A program made the translations under genes and the position numbers. DNA of 34,213 bases from Candidatus Eiseniibacteriota bacterium (GTDB lineage Bacteria; Orphanbacterota; Orphanbacteria; Orphanbacterales; Orphanbacteraceae). Each line of letters starts with the position of its first letter. The stretch's first letter is position 1. The DNA lies in contig JBDROZ010000004.1 in NCBI GenBank assembly GCA_043809585.1, forward strand, positions 1 through 34,213, in the 5' to 3' direction. Below, one piece after another: positions 17,780 to 27,731 of this stretch. Below the pieces are notes generated by a model. The model was not told the DNA's origin and searched no databases. It saw only the letters and a program-made list of their open reading frames with translations.

Positions 17780-18924
17780 CAGGCAAGTACCCCCAGGCTA
17801 CGCCCAAGCTCCTGGAACGTGCTGACCTTCGAAAACCCGAGCATGCGGAAAGCATCACGATGGAGGGTCTGGCCTTCGAGCGTGCTCACGACCAAGGCAC
17901 GCGCGAACCGCTTGCTGACGCGCGCCGCCTGCGTCAGATAGAAGTCGCCCCCGCTACCTCGTGGGAGGCGGCGCAGCCGTTCTACCTCCTGGTCGTACGC
18001 CCTCCACAGCTCCTCGCGCGTGAGGCCCCCGGCGTCATGGATCCGACGCAGCACCACCAGCGTGCTGACCTTGAAGCGGCGCGCGAGGCGGCCGACCTCC
18101 GCCCACAGCTCGGAGCTCTCGTCGTACTCGTCACGCAGGACGGCAAGGGGCATCAATAGCTCCGCCGCCACCCGATTGCACCAGCGCTCGACCTCATGAT
18201 CGGGGATGCGCCCAGCCTGCGCGTCGGAGACGGCGGACTGGCCGAGCCAGATGTGGGCCAGCTCGTGCGCCAGGGTGAACATCTGCGCCGCCTTAGTGTC
18301 CGCGCCGTTGATGAAAACCAGTGGAGCCAGTCCGTCGGCCATCGCGAAGCCGCGGAACTCATCAGGGTCGAAATGCCGGCGGTTGTTGTTGAGCACAACG
18401 CCACTGCACATGACTAGAATGCCGAGAGCGTCGGCCTGCTCGATGAACCGGCGCAGGGCGTCGGTCCAGGTGGGCATCCGGCGGCGCTCCTCGAGGTCGA
18501 AGCCGAGCATCTGCCTCATGTTCGCCGCGGTGGCCTTCACATCGTTTATCGGGCGGGTGGAGCTGACGAACCCGAGCGGCTCCTCGCCCATGGACCGCGC
18601 GAAGTCCCTGTACCACTCCTGGCGCTGTTGGCAGACGTAGATGGTGTCGAGCAGGTCCGGGCTCGGGTGACCGAAGTACACGTTCTCCACCGTGCGGAAG
18701 TCCGGGATCGGTACCTGCTCGACCGGCGGAGCGGGTAGGAACAGAAATCCGACCGGCGTGTAGGTGGCCTTCGCGAAGGTCTCGAGCTGCTTCAGCGTCG
18801 GCCGCGCTTCGCTCCGCTCCCAGGCTTCCAGCTTCGGGAACCGACGCGCGAGCATGGCAATACTGAATCCGGCGCGCTCGCGCGCCCATCGCAGCATCTC
18901 GGGGCGAACCTCGACCCGGATCAT
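17779..18924 (-). CDS. XRE-type HTH fused to ImmA/IrrE-family zinc metallopeptidase, 381 aa
   Basis: N-terminal LRWARERAG...WE....PTLKQLE.FAK HTH; IPDFRT linker; EFRGFA, FTLAHELAH (HExxH), ERWCNRVAAELLMP; GGAGGGAG RBS. Confidence 0.92.
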   Translation of the reverse strand: MIRVEVRPEMLRWARERAGFSIAMLARRFPKLEAWERSEARPTLKQLETFAKATYTPVGFLFLPAPPVEQVPIPDFRTVENVYFGHPSPDLLDTIYVCQQRQEWYRDFARSMGEEPLGFVSSTRPINDVKATAANMRQMLGFDLEERRRMPTWTDALRRFIEQADALGILVMCSGVVLNNNRRHFDPDEFRGFAMADGLAPLVFINGADTKAAQMFTLAHELAHIWLGQSAVSDAQAGRIPDHEVERWCNRVAAELLMPLAVLRDEYDESSELWAEVGRLARRFKVSTLVVLRRIHDAGGLTREELWRAYDQEVERLRRLPRGSGGDFYLTQAARVSKRFARALVVSTLEGQTLHRDAFRMLGFSKVSTFQELGRSLGVLA

Positions 18925-19126
18925 ACGCTCCCTCCGCTCGATCCTCTTGCGAGTCTACACCTTCGAGCGCCCAAAGTGAATGGTCCGCTCGCACGGGCGC
19001 GCCTGGCGAGAGAGAGGAAGTTACGAGTTCGATGCTTCCTGTCCGGAAGCCGACCGTGATCGCGAACCACGGAAAGCGCGAATGCGTGGTATGTTGTGGA
19101 GATTCACAATTCACGGGCAACGCAGC

Positions 19127-19510
19127 TCAGGTCGAGGTTCCCCGGAACAGTACCTCGACCCCCACCGGCCCTCCGGCCGTGAAGTGATGAGAGCGCATGT
19201 CTTTGTATGGACCCGCGTAGAAGAAGCCGCCCCCCGATGTGGTGGCGAGCAAGTAGGAATATGCCTTCGCTGTCGAGCCGTCGTACCGAACCGCTACCAT
19301 CTCCCCGACGACCGAGGACTCTGCTCGCGCGGGAAACGTGGTCATGTCCGCGCTCACGAAGGCCGTCACGAGCCCGGGAATCTCATGCAGTTGGGACGGA
19401 AGTGAGCTGGTTCCCAGAACCTGGATGACGCCTGCCGGCGAACAGGCAGCGGTGAGCACTTCGCCTTCCGCCTTCCGCACCCGATGCCACTTCTTGCGCG
19501 ACTCCCTCAT
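19127..19510 (-). CDS. Hypothetical protein, 127 aa
   Basis: ATG 10 nt after the methyltransferase stop, with AGGAG RBS overlapping that stop; co-oriented in the island. No recognisable family. Confidence 0.55.
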   Translation of the reverse strand: MRESRKKWHRVRKAEGEVLTAACSPAGVIQVLGTSSLPSQLHEIPGLVTAFVSADMTTFPARAESSVVGEMVAVRYDGSTAKAYSYLLATTSGGGFFYAGPYKDMRSHHFTAGGPVGVEVLFRGTST

Positions 19511-19520
19511 GATCGTGCTC

Positions 19521-22500
19521 CTATCGATCGATTCTACTCCGCCAAGCCTGGAGGTGCTTCAGCGTCGCGCGTAGGCGTTCTTCGTGGTCCCAGCCCTCGT
19601 GAAACGTCTCGAAGATGTGGACGAGGTGCTTCTCGGTGAGGCCGTAGAGGTGGGCGACGACGGCGTCGAGTTCGTGGATCATGTCCCCCTTCTCGTCTGG
19701 CGCGAGCGGGCCGCAGGCGACACCGATCTCCTCCGCCCAGCCGGCGAACCGTTCGTCGGGGCAGGCGAGGCGACCGGACAGCTCGATGGCGCGGCGAAGG
19801 AGGGGGTGGCCGGCGGGAGGGCGAGGGACGGGGAATGTGTTGACGAGGTAGAACTTCAAGCCTGTCTCGACAAAACGACGAGCGTACCAATCTAGCGGCA
19901 GCGAACGAAGTACGCCGTAGAGATAGATTTGGTTCGAGATGGATCCCCCACGCGCAAATAGGAAGTAGGGAGCCTTATCCGTCAGGAATACCCTCGGGGG
20001 GACAACAGACGTGACGACTGTCCTCGAGTCGGTAGCACGCGCTACATCGCGGAACGCGACTCGGCATGCCAGCCAAGGAGAGCTCTTGGGATCAGTTGCC
20101 CAGCTTCGAGGAAACTCAGCATAGGCGGATCCCTTGATCTGGGCGCGACGCGCGTGCTCAAGCCATCGGCTCATCACTTCAGGATCGGCATGTCCGTAGA
20201 CCTCTCCCGTCTCGCAGCGATCCAGATCGAAGGACTCGCCCTTGAAGACGGGCCAGGCAGTCGGGGACACCTCCCCAGGCGCAAGCATGAACTCCTTGCA
20301 CTTCTTCGAGTGCGCCTCGCCATACGGTCTCGCGCGCCACAACTTGCCGTCGTCGAGGTCCAGGCGTGGCGAGTTGCGGAGCTGCGCGAAGACCTCGACC
20401 GACTCGTCCGTGGGAAGGAGCGGCAGCGAGGCCGTGTCGTTCCAGGTCCGGATCTCCTCGCCGTAGAAGACCACCGGTTCGCCAAGCATGCCGCCGTTGT
20501 AGCGGTCGAGGCTCGGGTAGGGCCCCCGCAGGGCCACCGGCGTCCGCTCGGGCTTGCCTCGAGCGAGGGCGATGAGGCCGATGGTGTAGCGGTGCTCCGC
20601 CTCGTCAAAGACCCACCCCTTCGTGTTCAAGAGCGTTGTGACGTCCACACCCTCGGAACGTGCGAAGACCTCTTGCCGGAACTCGGTCGAGCCCTTCGCC
20701 GCGAGCACCGAGCGGGGCAGCACGACGCCGATCCGTCCGCCATCCTGGCAGACCAGGTTCCAGAAGCGCCAGCAGAAGGCCTTGTAGAGGTCCGGGTCGC
20801 CGGTCCCCATGCCGGCGTAGGTGCCGGCCGTGAGCGCGCGCCGGAGCGCCTCGGCCTCGGCCAGCTCACGCTCCAGCACGGCCACCAAGTCCGGGCGATG
20901 GTCGCGCAGCCGTTGCCGTTCGATTAGGGAACGTTCCTGAGAGACTCCTCTGAGCCCCGGCGAATGCCGTGCCCAGAATGCGACCTCGTGAACGGTCGGT
21001 GCCTTCCACGGAGGATTCCCCACGATCACGTCAAACCCCGGCCGCTCGCGCAGGAAGACCTCGGGGAAGGCGATCGGGAAGTGAAAGGCATGAAGACCTT
21101 CGAGCCGCTTCTCTGCGGCCTTGTGCTCCCGAGATCCCGCGATCGATTCGCGCACTCTATCCTAATCGGAGAAGTCGATGCCGACCCGCTCCCCCGTGAT
21201 CCGGGCCGCGGTAACAAGGTCGCAGACGGCGGCCGCGGGGGCAACCGCCAAGAGCGCGTCTTCCCGTGCCCTTCGCGCCCGGGTTAAGTCGGTGATGGTC
21301 AAGTCCGCCAGTTTCGCGAGCCGAGCGAGCGGCCGGGCCGCATCCCCAAGGAGGCGCTCGGTGAGACCGGTCCACATGGATATCATCGACCGCTTGTCGA
21401 CCTCACCGATCTCCACTCTGACAAACTCCTCGACCTCTTTCAGTTGCCCGATGCCGACGAGTGAGTTACCCCGCACGAGACAATGGTCGAGAAGGGAAAG
21501 CGGGAGCCCCGGTACGAAAGTATGAATCCAGATCGAAAGACGTGCGAGTTGGACGGCCGTAAGATTCACATCCACGCCGTAGATGCACCGCCGCGCAATG
21601 AGACGGCGGAGGAGCTGGGTGTCCTCGATCTCGACCTGATCGGCGAGCGGCCCCAGCGCCTCGAACGCCGCGCCGCGAAGCGCCGCCAGCTCGGCCGCGA
21701 CGCCAGGAAGGCGGCGACGAGAGAGATACCCCGTGAGAGCGCGCTCGACCCGGTCGATCGCGGCGACCAGGAAGTGCCCCGAGCCCATGGCCAGATCCGC
21801 AATGCGGAAGTCGAAGAAGCTCTCCCCCGCCTCTTCTTCGCCGAGCGCATCAAGCCGCGCCATGTGCTCCATGAGCGCGGGTTCGAGCGATCGCTCCAGC
21901 AAGTGCTCCACGGCGAAGTGCTTGGTGAAGTACGATCCCGTGGACTTGCGTAAACCCGAAGCATCGTGCAGGTACACCTCGCCCCGGGCCACGGCAGGCT
22001 CCTCGCCCTTCTTCTTGCACGGACGGAAGGCACCGCTCTTGTCCACCGCGAGGTCGGTCTCGGCAACCGATAGCTCGCTCTCGAGGAGTCCTTCGTAGAT
22101 CGTCCCGAACTCGCGCACGCCGAGGCTCCGGAAGTCCACGGGACCCAAACCTTCGGCACCCTCGACGAGGAGAAGGCCCGCCAGCGCCGGGCCAAAGACC
22201 GTGTTCGGCAGCGTGATCCCGGAGAGGAGCGCACCCGCCGCGGAGACCTCCCGCTCTTCCGAGAAGAGCCCGCCGTCGTAGCCCGGCATGCCCCACTCCC
22301 GGTTGCCGCGATCCACCGCACGCCAGAGGCGCGCCACCTCGCCCCAGAGCGTGTCCCCGGCATCGAACAGGGCGCCGCTCCGGGCCAGCTCGGCCAGTTC
22401 CTGCGCCTTCGTCTTGAGGGAACGGCGCCGGTAGAGACCGTTCCAGCGGTAGGGCAAGAGGTCCTTGTCCTCGGCGTAGGCGATAAAGAGGAGCCGAAAG

Positions 22501-23600
22501 AGCACGGTGAGCGCCATCTCGTAGGTGTCGGCGAGATCCTGCGCGGTGGGCTTCTTCAGGCCGCGGGCCGCGACGATCCCCTGGGCAAGCCGCGGCACGA
22601 CCGACTGGTAGACGCGCTCGCGAAGCCTTTCGGCGAGATTGCCGGCGAAACGTCCCGAGGCGTCGAGGATCTGCTCGAGGCTGCCGCCCGCGGCGAGCGC
22701 CTCGGCCGAGCAGAGAAGCCAGAGGTAGGCGGCGTCGGCGTCGGGCAGGAGCCCGGCGTGGCACTCGACGCAGGTTTCCGTCCGACCGCGCCGGCCGACC
22801 CCCAAGCCGACTCGCACGGGGTGAACGCGTACTTTCGCGCCGTGCTGCACGACGACCCACGGCAACCCCTCCCGGTCGGCGACGGCGAGCGCGTAACTGA
22901 TCGGGGAAAGCCCCGAGAATCGCTCGCCTGCGAGATCCGGCGATTCGTCCCGCGTGAGGAGCACCGCGACGGCGACCTTGCGGTCCCCCGTACGCAGAAT
23001 CGAGGTTGCGCCGTCGTGCCGCTCGATGCGGAAGCCGAGCGCGCGTAGGAGTTCGTCGCCGCGTTTGGCGAGGGCTCCGCGCGCCTTGCGCCCTGCGTCG
23101 GCCCAATCGGCGCGCCCGCGTGCCCCGACGCGCAGCTCGTGAGTGGCGAGAAAGCCCTCGTTACGGAGTCCCGCGAGATCCGATTCGAGCGACGGCAACA
23201 CGTCGCGCAAGGCCCGGAGCGCCGCGTGCCGATCCGGTTGCTCGAGCGCCTCGCGGCAGATGCGTCCGACCTGGCCGCGGTCGAGCCCAATGTATGCAGG
23301 CGGATCGCCGCCCGAAGGGCCGCAAAGCGAAGCCCGATCCGCATGGAGGACGACCAACAGGAGCGGTGCGGCTCGCCCGGCGTGACGAGCTTTCCAGGCC
23401 GAACGGAGCGCCGTCGCTTTCGGTGGGGCCGCGCTCGTGGCGACCAGAAGCTCGAGCGGTGACGCGCCCTGGCCGAGGGCCAACCCTCGGGCGCTGAAGG
23501 CGGCCCCCGCCGGCAGGGAGACCGGTCGAAGCGGAACGCCCTCGAAAGAAGGCGCATCCGCGCCGGATGGGATGGTGTCTTCAGACTTCTTGCGCGGCAT
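19521..23600 (-). pseudogene. Eco57I/type IIG-like N6-adenine DNA methyltransferase with C-terminal TRD, about 1359 codons, interrupted by one in-frame TAG at 21162-21164 (ORFs 21162-23600 and 19521-21155)
   Basis: LFRLLFIAYAED, GYDGGLF, VDFRSLGVREFGTIYEGLLE, RKSTGSYFT, motif I DLAMGSGHFL, IYGVD, motif IV VIVGNPPW, DLYKAFCWR, FRDVARATDSRT. Both ORFs share one frame: ...IDFSD*DRVRESI... Confidence 0.85.
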
Positions 23601-23812
23601 CCGGATCCTTCAGGTTTCTTGCACGCCGACGATCGACGCCGGAACGTGCCGTGCATCTTCTCACGTCCCGCCCCCGGCCACGAGAGGAGAGTCACCGATT
23701 CCCGCGTTCACTTCTCTTCTTGCGCAGGGGCGGCGGCCACCGGCAAGGCATCCCGTCGTTCGACCGGGTTCGCAGCCGTGCCCCCCTCACGGAAAAGGCA
23801 CGAACCTTGAGG

Positions 23813-23842
23813 ATTATACATGCAGGGAGTCGCCGATGTCAC
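23813..23842 (-). promoter_or_regulatory. Putative sigma70 promoter driving the methyltransferase/helicase island
   Basis: Minus strand GTGACA (23842-23837), 18-nt spacer, perfect TATAAT (23818-23813). Confidence 0.6.
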
Positions 23843-23891
23843 GGGATCGACTTCGCGTCGGCCTCCCGCCATCCTCGAGGAGGGGGGCCTC

Positions 23892-25028
23892 CTACGCCGA
23901 CAGCTTCCTCTCCTCCCTCTCGTACCGGATACCGTGGCGCTCGAGGTCCGCGAGGATCCGGCGGAAGCACTCTTCGTCCTTGCCGACCTCTTCGGGGGCG
24001 TTCACGCCCGGCTTCGCGAAGGTGCCGTCCAGGAGGAGCCTGGCCACGGCGGTGCACGTGTATCCCGTGGTGCGGGCCATGCTCGAGACCTTCCTCACGT
24101 CGTCCCGCCGGTCGAAGAGGTTGTACTCGATCGTCTTCTTCTCCCCTTTCTCCGAGCCGGTGACCCGGATCCGCATCACGGTGATGTCCGCCTCGTCGGG
24201 CCCGAGCCGCCAGAGGGGGAAGAGGAGCTTGGCCGTCACGTCGATGGGACGGACCATCACGCCGTTCACCTCGACCGGCTCCTTCCGGAAGAACCCCGAG
24301 TCGAGAAGAACCCGCATGTACTCGTAATGGCCCGGGTAGCGCATGGTCTTCTCCACCATGTTCGGGATGGGGAGCGTCACGAGCAGGGTGCGGAGGCCGT
24401 CGGTGTTCGACGCCTCGAGGGTGCCGATCGGGTCGATCTCGACGAACTCCGACTCGCTGAGGGCGGGGCGGATGACGATCTTGCCGTTCTCCACGATCCG
24501 GGCGGGGCGTGTGTACTCCTCCACCACGTCGATCGGCGAGAAGGGCGCCTTGTACTGATGGGGCCAGCTCCGCTTCACCGGGAGCCCCCCGACGAGACAC
24601 TCGAAGGAGTCCACCTTCATCCGCTCATGATGGTAGCCGGCGATGATGTTGCTCATGCCGGGGGCGACGCCGCAGTCCATCACGACCGTGACGCCCTTCT
24701 CCTTCGCGAGGGGGTCGAGATCGAAGGGGTTCTCGTCGAAGAAGGAGATGTCCACCGCCGGGCGGCCCGCCTCGATCACCGATCGGAGCGTGCGAAAACC
24801 GAGAAAGCCGGGGACCGCCCCGATCACGAGGTCCGCGTCTTTCACGGCCTTCCCGACCGCGCCCTCCGCGGAGAGGTCCGCCTCCCGCGCCTCCACGCCG
24901 TGGGCCTTCGCGATCTCCCGGAGCCTTGCCCCGTCCCGGTCGACCACCGTCACCCGGGCGTCGCCGGCGAGGTCCGCCGCGATCGCGCTCCCCACCATGC
25001 CCGCGCCGAGCACCGTCACCTTCTTCAT
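23892..25028 (-). CDS. Saccharopine dehydrogenase family NAD(P)-dependent oxidoreductase (lysine 6-dehydrogenase-like), about 378 aa
   Basis: Start ATG 25028 with GGAGG RBS; Rossmann VLGAGMVG; AVPGFLG, VDISF, DCGVAPGMSN, VGGLP, NTDGLRTL, EKTMRYPGH, SMARTTGY. Confidence 0.88.
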   Translation of the reverse strand: MKKVTVLGAGMVGSAIAADLAGDARVTVVDRDGARLREIAKAHGVEAREADLSAEGAVGKAVKDADLVIGAVPGFLGFRTLRSVIEAGRPAVDISFFDENPFDLDPLAKEKGVTVVMDCGVAPGMSNIIAGYHHERMKVDSFECLVGGLPVKRSWPHQYKAPFSPIDVVEEYTRPARIVENGKIVIRPALSESEFVEIDPIGTLEASNTDGLRTLLVTLPIPNMVEKTMRYPGHYEYMRVLLDSGFFRKEPVEVNGVMVRPIDVTAKLLFPLWRLGPDEADITVMRIRVTGSEKGEKKTIEYNLFDRRDDVRKVSSMARTTGYTCTAVARLLLDGTFAKPGVNAPEEVGKDEECFRRILADLERHGIRYEREERKLSA

Positions 25029-25170
25029 GAACGTCCTCCCTTTCGAATGTGACCCTTGGCGGTGGAAACATGATATCACGGACCGGGCAGAAGACGGCGA
25101 CCGGTGGCGGATCCGAGGGGCGCCGCGGCCGGTCCTTCGGGTCGCCCTCCGCTCTCCCCCCGCGCCGGCC

Positions 25171-25200
25171 TTGACAACGGAGTCCCTATCCCGATACGCT
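25171..25200 (+). promoter_or_regulatory. Putative sigma70 promoter of the pyrimidine catabolism cluster
   Basis: Perfect TTGACA (25171-25176), 18-nt spacer, TACGCT (25195-25200). A divergent TGaTATCAT lies at 25070-25078 on the minus strand. Confidence 0.6.
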
Positions 25201-25306
25201 GAATCATGTTGTCTGATCTCACCATCTCCGGGAGAGGGCCGTTCGCCCCGGTTGCGGCCTCCTCCTTTTCCCGACTCACCCCCCGAAACAGGAGAGGAAT
25301 CACCCC

Positions 25307-26176
25307 ATGGAACGTGTGGTACGAGCGGCCCTGATCCAGGCGACGCTTTGTGAAGACGCCGGGGGTCCGGTGGAGAAGATCAAGAAGGCGATGATCGACA
25401 AGCACGTCGGCATGATCAAGGAAGCGGCGAAGAAGGGCGCGAAGGTCCTCTGCCTGCAGGAGCTCTTCTACGGGCCTTACTTCTGCGCCGAACAGAACGC
25501 GAAGTGGTACGCCATGACCGAGCGGATCCCGGAGGGCCCGACCACGAAGCTGATGCAGGGGCTCGCGAAGAAGCACGACATGGTCATGGTCGTTCCCCTC
25601 TACGAAGAGGAGATGACCGGCGTCTACTACAACTCGGCCGCCGTGATCGACGCGGACGGGACCTACCTCGGCAAGTACCGGAAGAACCACATCCCCCACT
25701 GCGACCCCGGATTCTGGGAGAAGTTCTACTTCCGGCCGGGCAACCTCGGCTACCCGGTCTTCGACACCGCCGTCGGCAAAGTGGGCGTCTACATTTGTTA
25801 CGATCGGCACTTTCCCGAAGGGTGGCGCGAGCTCGGCCTGAATGGCGCGGAGATCGTCTTCAACCCGTCCGCCACGGTGGCGGGCCTCTCCGAGTACCTC
25901 TGGCACCTCGAGCAGCCCGCCGCGGCGTGCGCCAACATCTACTTCATCGGCGCCATCAACCGGCCCGGCACGGAAGGGCCGTGGAACATCGGCGAATTCT
26001 ACGGCAAGTCGTACTTCGTGAACCCTCGGGGACAACTGATGGACGTCGCGCCGAAGGGGGAGGACGCCGTGGTCGTTTCCGATCTCGACCTCGGCCTCAT
26101 CCGGGAGGTCCGGAACGTCTGGCAGTTCTACCGGGACCGCCGCCCCGAAACGTACGACGGGATCGTCGAGCCGTAA
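25307..26176 (+). CDS. Nitrilase-superfamily beta-ureidopropionase (N-carbamoyl-beta-alanine amidohydrolase), 289 aa
   Basis: Catalytic triad motifs CLQELF, KYRKNHIP, ICYDRHFPE; FWEKFYFRPGNLGYPVF; WQFYRDRRP; pathway context. Confidence 0.9.
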   Translation: MERVVRAALIQATLCEDAGGPVEKIKKAMIDKHVGMIKEAAKKGAKVLCLQELFYGPYFCAEQNAKWYAMTERIPEGPTTKLMQGLAKKHDMVMVVPLYEEEMTGVYYNSAAVIDADGTYLGKYRKNHIPHCDPGFWEKFYFRPGNLGYPVFDTAVGKVGVYICYDRHFPEGWRELGLNGAEIVFNPSATVAGLSEYLWHLEQPAAACANIYFIGAINRPGTEGPWNIGEFYGKSYFVNPRGQLMDVAPKGEDAVVVSDLDLGLIREVRNVWQFYRDRRPETYDGIVEP

Positions 26177-26212
26177 GGCGGCCGGGGGAGACCGGCCGGG
26201 ACGAGGAAGGCC

Positions 26213-27712
26213 GTGAGGATTCAGGACTCGCCCCTCTACAACGAAGACCTCGCTCCGGTCCCGCCGGACCGGCGGACCTGGCGGATGCACCACATCGCCG
26301 CCCTCTGGGTGGGCATGGCGGTCTGCATCCCGACCTACACCCTCGCCTCCGGCCTCATCTCCCAGGGGATGACCTGGAAGCTCGCGCTGCTCACCATCGC
26401 CCTCGGCAACCTGATCGTGCTCGCGCCGATGATGCTGAACGCCCACGCCGGGACGAAGTACGGCATCCCCTTCCCCGTCCTGCTCCGCGCCTCCTTCGGA
26501 ACCCGGGGGGCGAACGTGCCCGCCCTCATGCGCGCCCTCGTCGCGTGCGGATGGTTCGGCATCCAGTCGTGGATCGGCGGCTCCGCCATCTACACCCTTC
26601 TCGCGGTGCTCTTCCGGTTCGGGCGGGCGGCCCCCGGCGACCTCCTCCCGGTGATCGGGCTCTCGCCGGGGCAGTTCGCGTGCTTCCTCCTCTTCTGGGC
26701 CGTCAACATCGCCGTGATCCTCGCGGGCATCGACACGATCAAGAGGCTCGAGACACTCGCCGCGCCGTTCCTGCTTCTCATCGGGATCGGTCTGCTCGCG
26801 TGGAGCGTCTCCGCGGCGGGGGGATTCGCCCGGGTCTTCTCGGAGGAGAGCGTGGCCGCGGTGCGGGGGGGCCTTCCGGGAGACTTCGACCTCGGGCGGA
26901 CCTTCTGGCCGAACCTGACCGCCATGGTCGGCTTCTGGGCGACCCTCTCGCTCAACATTCCCGACTTCACCCGGTACGTGGCGCGCCAGAAGGACCAGCT
27001 CCTCGGCCAGCTGATCGGCCTCCCCACGACCATGGCGCTCTACTCGTTCATCGGCATCACCGTGACCTCGGCGACGGTCGTGATCTTCGGCGAGCCGATA
27101 TGGGACCCCGTGGCGCTTCTCGGCCGCTTTCCGAACGCCCTGGTGGTCGCCTTCTCGCTCTTCGCACTCACCATCGCGACCCTCTCGACGAACATCGCCG
27201 CGAACGTCGTCTCGCCGGCCAACGACTTCTCCAACCTGTGGCCCCGGGTGATCAGCTTCAAGCGGGGGGGCCTCATCACGGGGGTGATCGGCGTCCTGAT
27301 CTTCCCGTGGAAGCTCTACACCGACCTCTCGGCGTACATCTTCACCTGGCTCATCGGCTACGGCGCCCTGCTCGGCTCCGTGGGGGGCGTGATGATCGTC
27401 GACTATTACGTGGTGCGAAAGAGGCGGATCGACCCGGAGGAGCTCTACCTCCCCCGGGGGGCCTACTCGTTCGGCGGGAGGGGCTGGAACTGGAGGGCCC
27501 TCGCCGCCGTCGCCGCCGGCATCGCCCCCAACGTCCCCGGTTTTCTCGCGGTCGCCTCGGGGGGGACGATCGGCGCGCCCGAGTTCTTCCGAAACCTGTA
27601 CACTTACGCCTGGTTCGTCAGCCTCCTCCTGGCGGGGGGCGCCCACGGTGTTTTGAATCTCCTTTTCCCGGCCGAAGAGAAGGCCCGTCCCTCCGGGGGC
27701 GGGCGACGATGA
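26213..27712 (+). CDS. NCS1 nucleobase:cation symporter-1 (uracil/hydantoin-type permease), 499 aa
   Basis: LYNEDLAP, ALWVGMAVCIPTY, KYGIPFPVLLRASFG, FWATLSLNIPDFTR, NIAANVVSPANDFSN; many hydrophobic helices; GTG start. Confidence 0.93.
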   Translation: MRIQDSPLYNEDLAPVPPDRRTWRMHHIAALWVGMAVCIPTYTLASGLISQGMTWKLALLTIALGNLIVLAPMMLNAHAGTKYGIPFPVLLRASFGTRGANVPALMRALVACGWFGIQSWIGGSAIYTLLAVLFRFGRAAPGDLLPVIGLSPGQFACFLLFWAVNIAVILAGIDTIKRLETLAAPFLLLIGIGLLAWSVSAAGGFARVFSEESVAAVRGGLPGDFDLGRTFWPNLTAMVGFWATLSLNIPDFTRYVARQKDQLLGQLIGLPTTMALYSFIGITVTSATVVIFGEPIWDPVALLGRFPNALVVAFSLFALTIATLSTNIAANVVSPANDFSNLWPRVISFKRGGLITGVIGVLIFPWKLYTDLSAYIFTWLIGYGALLGSVGGVMIVDYYVVRKRRIDPEELYLPRGAYSFGGRGWNWRALAAVAAGIAPNVPGFLAVASGGTIGAPEFFRNLYTYAWFVSLLLAGGAHGVLNLLFPAEEKARPSGGGRR

Positions 27713-27731
27713 AAGAGAGGAACCGAAAGTC

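Noticed and set aside
13856-23600. Assignment to BREX, DISARM or type I/III R-M
   Set aside because: Hallmark partners (PglZ, BrxC, DrmA/DrmB, HsdS/HsdR, Mod/Res) are not present in the locus.
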